Positions 38,439 to 48,834 of a stretch of DNA of 64,000 nt are shown here, one piece after another. The position numbers and the translations under genes are program-made. Numbering within the stretch: position 1 is the first letter of the stretch; each line of letters begins with the position of its first letter. The stretch is from the NCBI GenBank assembly GCA_965262915.1, contig OZ253564.1, positions 3,104,001 through 3,168,000 of the forward strand. Reading direction: 5' to 3'. The notes beneath the pieces are model-generated. The model did no database searches, was not told the origin of the DNA, and saw nothing but the letters and a program-made list of their open reading frames with translations. Source of the DNA: Candidatus Spongiisociaceae bacterium. GTDB lineage: Bacteria > Actinomycetota > Acidimicrobiia > Spongiisociales > Spongiisociaceae.

Positions 38439-39182
38439 CTAACCGAGCATCTCCCCCCGATCCACCACGGCGACCTCACCCGTGATCGAATCGTTGGTGA
38501 TCAGCCCCATAAGAGACCGCACCACGTCCTCCACCGGTACGAGAGGCACCGCTCCGGACCGGATTTCACGGGCACGATCGTGTGGCACGTAACGATCGAT
38601 CCACTCGGTATCCATCCATCCAGGCGCAACCGCGTTGACCTGTACCGCGGGTGCCAGCGCCAAGGCCATGCACCGGGTAAGAGACACCAGAGCCGCTTTC
38701 GATACCACGTAGGGAATGGAACTGCCCGTGCTGGTCAAAGCGGAATTGGAGGCCACATTGATGATCTTGCCCGCGCCCCGGGCTTGCATCCCGGATGCCA
38801 CCGCCTGCGAGCAGAGGAAGGCACCCGTGACGTTCACGTCCATGATCCGCCGCCACTCCTCCACCGCCAGTGATTGGAGTTCGTCGAACGGCAGGTAGTG
38901 GGTGGTACCCGCATTGTTGACGAGGATCTCCACCGGTCCCAACGCCTTCTCGACCGAAGCCACCATCGCAGCGACGGCGGAATCGTCGCTGATGTCGGCC
39001 TGGACTGCCAGGGATCTCCCTCCCCGGCCCTCGATCTGCTGGGCAACTCGCTCGGCCGCAGCGCGTGACCTCGAGTAGTTCACGGCCACCAGACCACCGA
39101 CCTGAGCCAATGCGAAGGCTGTCTCGCGCCCCAGACCGGTACCGGCGCCGGTCACCAGCGCCACTCGTCCGTCCAAGTCCAT
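38439..39182 (-). CDS. Short-chain dehydrogenase/reductase
   Basis: TGAGTGLG, NNAG, YVVSK, VNAVAPG; GGAGG SD. Confidence 0.92.
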   Translation of the reverse strand: MDLDGRVALVTGAGTGLGRETAFALAQVGGLVAVNYSRSRAAAERVAQQIEGRGGRSLAVQADISDDSAVAAMVASVEKALGPVEILVNNAGTTHYLPFDELQSLAVEEWRRIMDVNVTGAFLCSQAVASGMQARGAGKIINVASNSALTSTGSSIPYVVSKAALVSLTRCMALALAPAVQVNAVAPGWMDTEWIDRYVPHDRAREIRSGAVPLVPVEDVVRSLMGLITNDSITGEVAVVDRGEMLG

Positions 39183-39620
39183 CGCTACCTCCTCGGTGTT
39201 CGGCTCGGGCGACAGGCCAGGTCCGCAACGACCGCGCCACACCACACTGCCGGCAAGGAGATTGACCCTGTCACACCCTCACTGCATGGTACGTATCCCA
39301 AACACCCGGTGGCTTGAGATCCGACGTCACATCAGCCATCCGAGGGGATCATCAAAGATCGGAACCAGCAGCCCCACATCGGGCCGGACGGACCACGTTC
39401 CGATCCCAGGCACGGTGGTGGAGGGGGCGGGCCCAGCGGGCGGATGAGCCGCGCCGGTCTTGGCGACCTGCTCGCCCGAGCGGTCCTTCGTCAAGCGAGC
39501 TTGCTCTCAGCCTCGCCCGGTCCGATTCGATACCTTTCCGCGGTAGGCCGGACGGCTTCGCTATCCAGGGCTCTGATCTCTTGCAACCCATGCCGGCGGG
39601 CCATACCCCACCGCTCCGGG

Positions 39621-40781
39621 TCATACCTGACGACTCGCCCCTCGGCGACGGTAAGCGTCGATACCTGCCAGCAGGCGCTCAACATCGCCTGAGGTGTTGT
39701 AGAGGTGGGGGTCGGCGCGGACCCGATCGTCTTCGGGATAGCCCCAGACGTCCACGCCCAGCTTCCGCAGATAGCGGCACAACGGCACCGCACCCCCGAA
39801 GTGGAAGGCCACCACCCCTGCCCGGTCGGCCCGGCTCGCCGGCGTGAGTATCTCGATCTCCCGTTCGGCCAACCCATCGATCATCCGATCCGTCAGGTCC
39901 AGGACGTGGTGTTCGATGGCGGGGATGCCTGCCTCGAGAATGATGTCCAGTCCTCTGCGAGCTGCCGCTATACCCGGAAGGTCGGCGAGACCGATCTCGT
40001 GGCGGGCCGCTCCCGGGCGGAAGGAGAGGTGCCCGGGCTCGTCAAGCCCTTCCTTCCAGTGAGCACCGATGTATCCGACGTGGGGCGGCGGTAGGGCTTC
40101 GAGGTGTTCCCTGCGGCTATAGATGAAACCCAGCCCGGGCGGACCGAGCAACCACTTCATCAGCGTGCCGCTCATGAAGTCGACTCCATCTTCCGCAGCG
40201 TCGATGGGAACGGCGCCTGCGGACTGGGCAGCGTCGACGATCAGGTATCCTCCTGCTCCGTGGGCGAGGTCGGCAAGACGGCCGAGGTCGTGACGGAACC
40301 CGGTGCGAGCGTCGACATGGGAGACGATCACTGCGACAGTGTCCTCGTTCACGCGTTCCTCAATCCCGGCCGCCCAACTCGACGGCGGTCCGACGGGAGC
40401 CTTACGGACCTCCACGGGGCTCCGGCCGGGCAGCAGCCAGGGCCAGACGGCGCTCGGATGGGAGGTCGGATCCGTGACGATGTTGGCACCGGGAGGGGAT
40501 TCGATCATCTGGACCGCCAGGTTCGATCCCCTAGAGGTATTGTCGACTATGGCGATCTCGCCAGCATCGGCTCCCAACACAGCTGCTAACCGGGCCTTGA
40601 GGATCTCCCACTCGTCGAAGTAGCGCGCCCGGTGATAGGCCGGATCGAACATCCACCGATCGGACCACTCGTCGAGCGCCGCCTTGACGGGGATCGCAGC
40701 CGGAGCAAGACCCCCTGCGAACAGGTAGGCACGGGTCTCGGTGATCGGGAAGAGCGGGCGGTAGCGATCCGTCAGGACCAC
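39621..40781 (-). CDS. Class V PLP enzyme (cysteine desulfurase-like)
   Basis: NTSRG, VDAAQSAG, KWLLGPPGLG, VRADPHLYN. Confidence 0.85.
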   Translation of the reverse strand: MVLTDRYRPLFPITETRAYLFAGGLAPAAIPVKAALDEWSDRWMFDPAYHRARYFDEWEILKARLAAVLGADAGEIAIVDNTSRGSNLAVQMIESPPGANIVTDPTSHPSAVWPWLLPGRSPVEVRKAPVGPPSSWAAGIEERVNEDTVAVIVSHVDARTGFRHDLGRLADLAHGAGGYLIVDAAQSAGAVPIDAAEDGVDFMSGTLMKWLLGPPGLGFIYSRREHLEALPPPHVGYIGAHWKEGLDEPGHLSFRPGAARHEIGLADLPGIAAARRGLDIILEAGIPAIEHHVLDLTDRMIDGLAEREIEILTPASRADRAGVVAFHFGGAVPLCRYLRKLGVDVWGYPEDDRVRADPHLYNTSGDVERLLAGIDAYRRRGASRQV

Positions 40782-42343
40782 GCGGGAATCTCGACGATCG
40801 TGGGACCGTCCACCGATAAGGCAACGTCCACCGCCAGAGCCAGGTCGTCCGGTTCGTCCGCCCGGGTCCATCGGATGTTGTAAGCCGTGGCCAGGGCGGC
40901 CAGATCGGGAACGTGGAGGTCGGTGGCCAGAGGCTCGAAACCGCGCTCGCGCATCAGTCGGCGTATCTCACCGAAGGCGCGGTCGTTCCAGACCACCACC
41001 GGCAGAGTGAGATCGTGCTGTACGGCCACCATCAACTCGGACATCGTGAACATGAAACCGCCGTCTCCCACCAGGGCCGCCACCGCTCGCTCGGGTCGAG
41101 CGATCTTGGCGCCGATCGCCGCCGGCAGCGCGTATCCCAACGTTCCCAGGCCGGACGGGTTCATCCAGGTGCGTGCTCCGGGCAGGTCGTAAAAGGGATA
41201 GGCGCCGAAACCGGCCACCATCGCAACATCCAATGCGAGAGTGGAGTCGTCGGGCATGGCGGCGCGAAGGGCCTGGATCCAGGGAAGGTACGAGTGTCCC
41301 ATTACCAAGGCCTCCTTGTAGGCCGCGGCGCGCACCTCGGCGGCGCGCTCCCAGCCGTGCCTGGAAGCCAGACGAGACGCCTCCTCGATGAAGCTCGCTG
41401 CGGCGCGGGCATCCCCCACCACGGGAAGGTCGACCGGGTGGTTGACTCCGATCTGGTCCGCGTCGATGTCCACCTGGATGAGCTTCCCGCCGAGCCGGAG
41501 GGGCCCGGTCCAGAAGTCCGCCGGACTGAGTTCCGTCCCGAGGGCCAGCACCACGTCGCACTCCTCCAGGAACCGGGCCACCGACCGGTGGATAACCGAC
41601 GAGGCGGCCAAGGCATGGCCGGTGGGGATGACCCCCCTCCCATTCAACGTGGTCACGACGGGCGCGTCGATCCGGTCGGCCAGCCGGACCACCTCCTGGG
41701 CGGCCGCCACCGTCCCGCCCCCGACCACCACACCGGGACTCTCGGCCGACTCGAGCAACTCTGCCGCCCTATGCAGGACATCATCGTCGGGAGCAGGCGG
41801 ATCATCGTCGGGAGCGGGCGGAATCCGGGCGGTGGTCGGCGCCTCCTGGACGTCGACCGGAACGGTGAGGCATATGGGTCGGGGCCGCCCGGTGCGGAAA
41901 CGGCGGAACGCGGCGTGGACGGCTTCCGGGATCCGGTCGGGCGAGAGGATGAGGTGCGCTTCGTCGGTGATTCCCTCCAGGACCCTCTCCTGGGACCGCA
42001 GTTCGTGGGAGTGGCCCCTGGCCCGCCCGATGTCCTCGGTGACGATGTGGGCAGCGATACACAGCACGGGGACCGAGTCGGAGTAGGCCTCGGCGATCGC
42101 GGTCGCGGCGTTGGTCACTCCCGGCCCCGCGGTTACCAGGCACACTCCCGGCCGCCCTGTAGCGCGGGCGTACCCGTCCGCCATGAACGCGGCGCCTTGC
42201 TCATGGGTGGTCGTGACGTGCTCGATCTCCTTAACCTGTCCCAGCGCCCGGTAGATCTCCAGCGTGTGGGTGCTCGGAATGCCGAAGATGTGGCGGACCC
42301 CGTTCACCCGGAGCGATTCGATCAGTGCTTCGGCGCCGGTCAT
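40772..42343 (-). CDS. Thiamine-diphosphate-dependent enzyme (2-ketoacid decarboxylase / ALS-like)
   Basis: [40 protein letters not shown]...WND. Confidence 0.9.
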   Translation of the reverse strand: MTGAEALIESLRVNGVRHIFGIPSTHTLEIYRALGQVKEIEHVTTTHEQGAAFMADGYARATGRPGVCLVTAGPGVTNAATAIAEAYSDSVPVLCIAAHIVTEDIGRARGHSHELRSQERVLEGITDEAHLILSPDRIPEAVHAAFRRFRTGRPRPICLTVPVDVQEAPTTARIPPAPDDDPPAPDDDVLHRAAELLESAESPGVVVGGGTVAAAQEVVRLADRIDAPVVTTLNGRGVIPTGHALAASSVIHRSVARFLEECDVVLALGTELSPADFWTGPLRLGGKLIQVDIDADQIGVNHPVDLPVVGDARAAASFIEEASRLASRHGWERAAEVRAAAYKEALVMGHSYLPWIQALRAAMPDDSTLALDVAMVAGFGAYPFYDLPGARTWMNPSGLGTLGYALPAAIGAKIARPERAVAALVGDGGFMFTMSELMVAVQHDLTLPVVVWNDRAFGEIRRLMRERGFEPLATDLHVPDLAALATAYNIRWTRADEPDDLALAVDVALSVDGPTIVEIPAWS

Positions 42344-42373
42344 CGAGGACCTCCCCCCGGGTAGGCTCGGCGC

Positions 42374-43996
42374 ATGGTCGATCTTCTCCTGCGGAATGCG
42401 ACGATCTACCCCGGCGATGCCGAGCCTCGACCGGGGGATGTCGCAATCGACGATGGTGTCATAGTAGCGGTGGGCACCGGACTGCGACCCGAAGCCACCC
42501 GGACCATCGATCTCACGGGGCTTTCTCTGGCTCCCGGGTTCGTGGACATGCACGCCCACAGCGCTCTGCGGTCCTTCCAAGACCCCATCCTTGCCCCGAA
42601 GCTCCTCCAAGGCTTCACCACAGAACTCATCAACCCGGACGGGATGGGTCCAGCGCCCGTAACAGACGAGCGGCTCGCTGACCGGATGACGCAATTGGCT
42701 CTGTCCGAAGGGCCGGGCCCGCCCGAGTGGCCCTGGCGATCCATTGACGGGTACATAGCCGAACTGGAACGGACCCGACCCGCCATCACCCTGTGCCCCT
42801 TGGTACCTCATGGCGCGGTCCGCGACGCCGTGCTGGGCGGCGCGCAGCGGGCGCCCGGCTCCGGCGAGTTGCGTGCGATGAGGCGCGAGGTATCTAGAGG
42901 CATGGAGGCGGGGGCATGGGGGATCTCCTTCGGCTTGGTGTACACGCCGGGCGCCTACGCGGACCGCGAAGAAGTGGTGGCCGTATCCACCGAGGCGGCA
43001 CGATTCGGTGGGCTGATCTCCGTTCACATGCGGGGCGAGAGCCACAACCTTCTCGAGGCCGTCGAGGAGATGATCGACGTATCGCGCCGCAGCGGTGCGC
43101 CTGTGCATCTCTCCCATCTGAAGGTGCTCGGACAGCGCAATGCCTGGAAGCTGGAACCCCTGCTCGAGATGGTCGACACGGCACTGGCAGACGGGATAGA
43201 TCTCACCTTCGACCAGTATCCCTACGGTGCCGGTGTGACCCTGCTCTCGGCACTATTGCCTCCGTGGGCACACGACGGTGGCATCGTCCGGATGACCGCT
43301 CGCCTCCAAGACCGTTCGACGGTAGATCGCCTGCTCAAGGCACTTGAGGATCCGAATGCAGGCCCCGAGAGCTTCTACTACCAGTGCGGCCCGGAAGGGA
43401 TCGTGGTGATCGACTGCGGCCCGGACGGTCCCGAAAATGCGGTCGGCCGCACCCTGGCCGAGATCGCCTCGGCCCGCAATGTCGAACCCGAGCGGGTGGT
43501 CATCGACCTGTTGTTGGAAACGGGGATGAGCGCCCTGGTCATCCTGCACTACGCCGACGAATCCGTCGTGAAGGCCATCGCCCGGCACCCGGCCATGCTG
43601 GTGGGTAGCGACGCGGTCTTCGCCGCCATCCCCCACCCCAGGTTGTGGGGCACAGCACCCCGGTTTCTGGGCCGCTACGTCATCAGGGATCGCATCGTGA
43701 CCCTACGTGAAGCCATCGCCCGGCTGTCCTTCCGGGCGGCCCGGCGGGTCGGGCTGAACGACCGAGGTGAGATCTCCCAGGGACAGAGAGCCGACCTTGT
43801 CGCCTTTGATCCGGACCGGCTACTCGACCGGGCAACCTACGACGAACCTAGGCTTTCACCTTCCGGTATCGAATGGGTGATCGTCGGCGGCGCGGTGGCG
43901 GTGGACCCGAACGGCCCTACCGGAACCCGCCGGGGCCACGTAGCCCGAATGAACGCCCCGCGGATCCGACTGGGAGCCGATCCGGCCGGCCTCTGA
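42374..43996 (+). CDS. N-acyl-D-amino-acid deacylase (D-aminoacylase family)
   Basis: PGFVDMHAHS, HMRGE, HLSHLK, DQYPY, GSD, PHPRLWG, ADLVAFDP. Confidence 0.9.
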   Translation: MVDLLLRNATIYPGDAEPRPGDVAIDDGVIVAVGTGLRPEATRTIDLTGLSLAPGFVDMHAHSALRSFQDPILAPKLLQGFTTELINPDGMGPAPVTDERLADRMTQLALSEGPGPPEWPWRSIDGYIAELERTRPAITLCPLVPHGAVRDAVLGGAQRAPGSGELRAMRREVSRGMEAGAWGISFGLVYTPGAYADREEVVAVSTEAARFGGLISVHMRGESHNLLEAVEEMIDVSRRSGAPVHLSHLKVLGQRNAWKLEPLLEMVDTALADGIDLTFDQYPYGAGVTLLSALLPPWAHDGGIVRMTARLQDRSTVDRLLKALEDPNAGPESFYYQCGPEGIVVIDCGPDGPENAVGRTLAEIASARNVEPERVVIDLLLETGMSALVILHYADESVVKAIARHPAMLVGSDAVFAAIPHPRLWGTAPRFLGRYVIRDRIVTLREAIARLSFRAARRVGLNDRGEISQGQRADLVAFDPDRLLDRATYDEPRLSPSGIEWVIVGGAVAVDPNGPTGTRRGHVARMNAPRIRLGADPAGL

Positions 43997-44012
43997 GTGC
44001 CCGAGTCGTGCA

Positions 44013-44649
44013 TCACCGAAACAGTCCCTTGGCGATTTCAGGCTGGCGACGTTGCCAGTACCGAGCGACAGTATCCAACAATCCCGGTTTGCCAAGGCTT
44101 GCCGAGAGCCACGGATCGTCGGCCACGTCGTTGAAGGAGCCCAACGCCCGAACGATGTGATAGACGCTCTGGTGCGTCCTGCTCACTCCGTATCGGATGT
44201 AGTACCAGTCCAGCATCGCCATTACGTCCGTATCGCCCATCATTTCGATACACATCAGGTCGTAGTAGTCGCGTAGTTCCCCCGATCTCCCACAACCTTC
44301 AGCTTGGTTGCAACCACGTCGGCGAACGACCCGACCGCCATCTCCCCGACCTTCTGACCGCGTTCGATCTGCTGCTGTCCGGTAGCAGAGAGGAATTGAA
44401 GTTTGACGTTCTCGAAAACGCAGTTCAGCGTAGCCTCGGACCAGTAGTCGCCCTCCACTGTCGCCGGAGCAGACTCAGGGGATCGAAAGGACTGTGGACG
44501 AATACATCCAGATCCTCCGACTGCCGATGTTCCAGGTATACAGCCAGGGCCGTCCCGCCCATGAGTGTCCCCGATGGTGGAGACAACGAACCCACCAAAT
44601 CCCAGATCCTCATCATCGCGGGAGTCAGGACGCCGTCAGCGACGGGCAT
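44013..44649 (-). pseudogene. AbiEii-type nucleotidyltransferase toxin, two frameshifts
   Basis: LMGGTALAVYLEHRQSEDLD, then ATKLKVVGDRG, then ELRDYYDL, in successive reading frames. Confidence 0.82.
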
Positions 44650-44878
44650 CGAGGGCGTTGACGATCAGGTCTCGGGTGGCCGGTTTGGTGGATCGCAGGG
44701 TCAGGCAGTATTCGAGCACCTCAATAGGGAGATGTACCGATGCCCAGACCGCGGCATCCGGCCAGGGACCGTTGAACATCCGTCCGGCTACGTACTCGGC
44801 ATCACCCGGCAGGCGGAGCAAGCCAGGTTCGGGGTGGTTCCAGAAGGACTTCCAGAACCTCTCAGGAATACGTCCCAT
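44636..44878 (-). CDS. Small protein upstream of AbiEii, putative antitoxin (DUF6922-like)
   Basis: 80 aa, IPERFWKSFWN...YVAGRMFNG; overlaps the toxin start. Confidence 0.55.
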   Translation of the reverse strand: MGRIPERFWKSFWNHPEPGLLRLPGDAEYVAGRMFNGPWPDAAVWASVHLPIEVLEYCLTLRSTKPATRDLIVNALDARR

Positions 44879-45031
44879 ATTGAATACATATGTTCCCTGA
44901 CATCGGACACCTGACTCCGACCGCCAGCCCGGAGGAGGCTAGACCGCCCCACTCGGCCCGGCCGCTTCGGACTGGACGCTGTACGAGAGCATTCGTCGGT
45001 CAACAGTCACTCGGCTGCCCTTACTGCTAGC

Positions 45032-46405
45032 GTGCCGGACGCAGTGCGCAACTTCGACCTGATGATCATCGGCACCGGATCGGGCAATTCGGTGATCGGA
45101 CCGGAACACGACGATTGGGACATCGCAATCGTGGAACGGGGTCGCTTCGGCGGCACCTGTCTGAACGTGGGCTGCATACCCTCCAAGATGTTCGTGTACG
45201 CCGCGGAGATGGCCGAGTTGGCGTCCGACAGCGAACGGCTTGGCGTTCGGACCCGCTTCGATGGCGCAGACTGGTCGTCCATCCGCGACCGTGTATTCGG
45301 GCGGATCGACCCGATCGCCGAGGGAGGTCGCGTCTACAGGGAGGAACTTCCCAACGTGACCGTGTACTCCGGTACGGGGCGCTTCGTCGGACCGAAACAG
45401 GTAGCGGTGGGCGACGAGGTCATATCCGCTGATCGGATCGTCATAGCGGCGGGCGGACGGCCCACCGTGCCCCCTGTGCCGGGCCTGGCCGAGTGCGGCT
45501 ACCACACCTCGGACACGATCATGCGCCTCGACCAGCTGCCCGACCGGTTACTGGTGATCGGAGCGGGGTACATCGCGGCGGAGTTGGGCGGCGTGATGGG
45601 AGCGTTCGGCTCGAAGGTGACCTTCCTGCTGCGGGGCGACACCTTCCTGCGTCGGGAGGACCACGACATCAGCAGCCGGTTCACCGCCGCCTACTCCCGA
45701 CGGTTCGAGGTGCGTACGCACACCCGGCTGCTCGAAGTCCGCCGTGACGGAGACGAGGTGGTCATCAGCTTGGACGACAAGGAGGGGAACCGTGCCGAGT
45801 TGAGGGGCGATGAGTTGCTGGTCGCCACAGGCCGGAGGCCCAACACCGACCGGCTCGACCTGGCGGCGGGGGGAATCGAGGTCGACAGTCGCGGTTTCGT
45901 GATCACCGACCGCCAACTCCGTACCAACGTCGACGGGGTTTGGGCTCTCGGTGACATCACCAATCCCATCCAACTGAAGCATGCTGCCAACCACGAGGCT
46001 CGGGTGGTGCGTCACAACCTGACCAACCCGGATTACCCGGCCACCGTCGACCACCGGTTCATTCCCCACGCCGTGTTCGGCTATCCCCAGATCGCGAGCG
46101 TGGGCCTCACCGAGCAGGAATGTCGACGACAGGACATTCCCTACGTCAGCCACACCCAACCCTATTCCGCGGCCGCCTATGGCTGGGCAATGGAGGATAC
46201 CGACAGCGTGGCGAAGGTCATCGCCCACGCCGAGACCCGCCGGCTACTGGGCGCCCACATCATCGGTCCGCAGGCGCCCACCCTGATCCAGCAACTCATC
46301 CAGGGTATGCACTTCGACCTGACCGTCGACCAGATGGCCCGCGGCCAGTACTACATCCATCCCGCCCTGCCCGAGGTAGTGGAACAGGCTTTGCTGGGGC
46401 TCTGA
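45032..46405 (+). CDS. mtr: Mycothione reductase
   Basis: IIGTGSGNS, GGTCLNVGCIPSKM, QLKHAANHE, AYGWAMED, QYYIHPALPEVVE. Confidence 0.92.
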   Translation: MPDAVRNFDLMIIGTGSGNSVIGPEHDDWDIAIVERGRFGGTCLNVGCIPSKMFVYAAEMAELASDSERLGVRTRFDGADWSSIRDRVFGRIDPIAEGGRVYREELPNVTVYSGTGRFVGPKQVAVGDEVISADRIVIAAGGRPTVPPVPGLAECGYHTSDTIMRLDQLPDRLLVIGAGYIAAELGGVMGAFGSKVTFLLRGDTFLRREDHDISSRFTAAYSRRFEVRTHTRLLEVRRDGDEVVISLDDKEGNRAELRGDELLVATGRRPNTDRLDLAAGGIEVDSRGFVITDRQLRTNVDGVWALGDITNPIQLKHAANHEARVVRHNLTNPDYPATVDHRFIPHAVFGYPQIASVGLTEQECRRQDIPYVSHTQPYSAAAYGWAMEDTDSVAKVIAHAETRRLLGAHIIGPQAPTLIQQLIQGMHFDLTVDQMARGQYYIHPALPEVVEQALLGL

Positions 46406-46437
46406 CGGATTCCGGGTTCGGTAGTCGACGGCTGGTT

Positions 46438-47748
46438 TCAGTTCACCAGAGCCGCAGCCAGGTCCTCCAGTACTCGGGCCGCGATGTCCAGCACGAACTC
46501 GATGTGATGTTCCTCCATCACCGATGATGTTGACAGGTACGGGAACCCGAACACGCCCCGGTTTCCGAACGCCAGCGAAAGGCCGGTCATCAGCACGTCC
46601 GGTTGGGCCACCTCCGGCTCGCATGCAACGCTGAGCAGGGAACCGCCTCCCTCGACCTGCAACGGCAGCCCGAACTCCCCTACCGCTCCGGCCAACCCCT
46701 CGCGTAGCAAACCGCCCAGGTGGTCGATCCATTCGTAGACCTCGGGTGTCAGGAGGCGCAAGCCGGCCACGCCCGCCGCGGCGGTCATCGGGTTGGCGTT
46801 GAACGTCCCCGCCAGAGCCACCTTCATGTCACCTAGCGGGTCCGTGACTGCCATGATGTCAGCTCTCCCTCCGAAGGCCCCGACCGGCAGTCCACCCCCG
46901 ATCAGCTTGCCGAGGGCCGTCATGTCGGGGATCACCCCGTAGCGCCCCTGAGCGCCTCCCATCCCCAGGCGTAGCGAGATCACTTCGTCGAAGAGTAGGA
47001 GTACACCCTCGTTTGCCGTCACCGCTCGTAGGGTCTCCAGGAACCCATCGGGTGGAGGAGCGAATCCGCCGGCCGAACGGAAGGGTGTGAGGATCACCGC
47101 GGCAAGGCGTTCGGCGTTCTCTCGCACCAGGCCGGCAACGCCTTCCGCATCTCCCCAGCGACCCAGGATGACGTTGGCCGAAAGGTTGGCAGGGACGCCG
47201 CCGGTACTCGGCAAGATACCGTCACTACCCGCGGAGGCAGCGAACTCGAACCCGTCGTAGGTGCCGTGATAGGCGCCGTCCAGCTTGAGGACGAGATCCC
47301 TGCCGGTGAATGCACGGGCCACCTTGAGCATGTGCATGTTTGCCTCGGTTCCCGAGTTGGCGAAGCGCACCCGTTCGATGGAGGGAACCCGGTCGCAGAT
47401 GATCCCGGCCCAGTCGACTTCGGTTGGGTTGTGCCCACCCCAGGCGGTGCCCTGAGCGGCTTGAGCACGGGCAGCTGCCACGATCTCGGGATGGGAGTGG
47501 CCATGGACGAGAGCCGTGGAGTTGTTGTTCAGGTCCAGACGCCGATTGCCGTCCACGTCCCATATGTAGGGACCTTCCCCCCGTTCGAAGTAAGGGGGGT
47601 GCGGGCGCGTGGTGATCGAGTAGCGGGTATCCCCACCCGGCAGGACACCTCCACCTTGCTTGAAGAGGGCCGCCGACCGGGGGGTGAGCCGGCGGTACTC
47701 CTCGACGATACCCTGGTACCAGCGCAACAAGCACTCGTCCGTATTCAT
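46438..47748 (-). CDS. Class III aminotransferase (glutamate-1-semialdehyde aminomutase-like)
   Basis: RFANSGTEA, GAYHG, FDEVIS, PDMTALGKLIGGGLPVGAFGG, GTFNANP. Confidence 0.88.
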   Translation of the reverse strand: MNTDECLLRWYQGIVEEYRRLTPRSAALFKQGGGVLPGGDTRYSITTRPHPPYFERGEGPYIWDVDGNRRLDLNNNSTALVHGHSHPEIVAAARAQAAQGTAWGGHNPTEVDWAGIICDRVPSIERVRFANSGTEANMHMLKVARAFTGRDLVLKLDGAYHGTYDGFEFAASAGSDGILPSTGGVPANLSANVILGRWGDAEGVAGLVRENAERLAAVILTPFRSAGGFAPPPDGFLETLRAVTANEGVLLLFDEVISLRLGMGGAQGRYGVIPDMTALGKLIGGGLPVGAFGGRADIMAVTDPLGDMKVALAGTFNANPMTAAAGVAGLRLLTPEVYEWIDHLGGLLREGLAGAVGEFGLPLQVEGGGSLLSVACEPEVAQPDVLMTGLSLAFGNRGVFGFPYLSTSSVMEEHHIEFVLDIAARVLEDLAAALVN

Positions 47749-48686
47749 GTTCCCGTCAACCAGCGTCGCGGGTTGTCATGGGTGATGGTCCTGATGGTGG
47801 CTTCGGGTACGCCCTTGGCGATGAGGGCGGGAAGAAAGGTCTCCGACAGGTAGACGAACCCGGTACCTCCATGTATCCGTAGCTGCCCCAACTTGCATAC
47901 ATCATGGGACAGCATCAGCCGGTCCTCGAAACCCCGCTCGATCAACTCACGGATCAGGTCGAGGATCCGGTCCTCGAAGCGGCCCATCCCGCGGTACTGG
48001 CCGCAGTTGTCGAACATGATATAGACGCCCCGCGCCAGGAGTCCGAGCAGGTAACGGAGATGCGGGTAGGCGTCGCAGTGGGCGACCGCCACCCGGGTCA
48101 TGTCCACATCCTCCTCCTCGAGGATGGTGAGTTGCGCCGGGGCGACGGGACCGATGGCGTGTAGGGCCCCGATGCCCAGCCCGGTCGCCTTGTGAGCCCG
48201 TGCGACAGCACGCAGGACCCTCTCCTCGGCTGGCGATACCCAGTCCTTCTCGGATCCGATCTCACCGATCACACCGGGGCGGATCCCGGTATCGCCCACC
48301 CCGTCGGTGATCTCCCGGATCAGTTCCTCGGCGAGATCGTCAGCCGATCGACGGTCGATCCGTTCCTCCGGTAGGTAGTAGTTGCCGCGATACCAGCCAC
48401 AGCCCATGACGAAATGCATACCGGTCCGCTCCGACAACGTACGCAGCCGCTCCGGGGAACGGCCGTTGTCGGGAACGCTCAGGTCGAAGATCGTGTCTCC
48501 CCCGAGATCGGCGAAGGCCGCTATCTCGTCCGCCATCACGTCCTCGTCCACGAACTGGTCGGCCACGTCGTAGCGGTAGTCGGCGTGGCGCAGGGTGCAG
48601 TAGATGTGCTCGTGGGGAAGCGTAAAGCCGAGGTCCGTACCCGCTACCGGTCCGCGTACCGTCATTACGCTTCCGGGATCGCTCAT
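47745..48686 (-). CDS. Phosphotriesterase-related protein (PHP-like)
   Basis: TLPHEH, GVIGEIG, AHCD, LSHD, NPRRWL. Confidence 0.9.
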   Translation of the reverse strand: MSDPGSVMTVRGPVAGTDLGFTLPHEHIYCTLRHADYRYDVADQFVDEDVMADEIAAFADLGGDTIFDLSVPDNGRSPERLRTLSERTGMHFVMGCGWYRGNYYLPEERIDRRSADDLAEELIREITDGVGDTGIRPGVIGEIGSEKDWVSPAEERVLRAVARAHKATGLGIGALHAIGPVAPAQLTILEEEDVDMTRVAVAHCDAYPHLRYLLGLLARGVYIMFDNCGQYRGMGRFEDRILDLIRELIERGFEDRLMLSHDVCKLGQLRIHGGTGFVYLSETFLPALIAKGVPEATIRTITHDNPRRWLTGT

Positions 48687-48834
48687 CCGACCTGCCTCCT
48701 ATCCCGGCCCCTTCGGTGTCGGCCGGCGACTGTGGACTTTACCGCCCCCTCGGCTGTCTTGGCGCACTCCGTAGCATCCCCGTAGGCTGGACGCAGGAGG
48801 TGGACACATAAGGGAGGACGCCGGAGACGAGGCC

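Noticed and set aside
39183-39620. 440-bp gap with a TTGACC promoter-like sequence and short ORFs
   Set aside because: No credible coding signal, repeat or extended structure found.
40772-43117. 781-aa version of the TPP enzyme and similar long N-terminal extensions (4677, 13143, 28590, 62522)
   Set aside because: Extensions overlap neighbouring genes or lack homology; shorter starts fit SD, gene overlap and family N-termini.
46438-47748. Calling this gene hemL
   Set aside because: It lacks the PGGVNSPVR signature and hem context; kept as a GSA-like class III aminotransferase.
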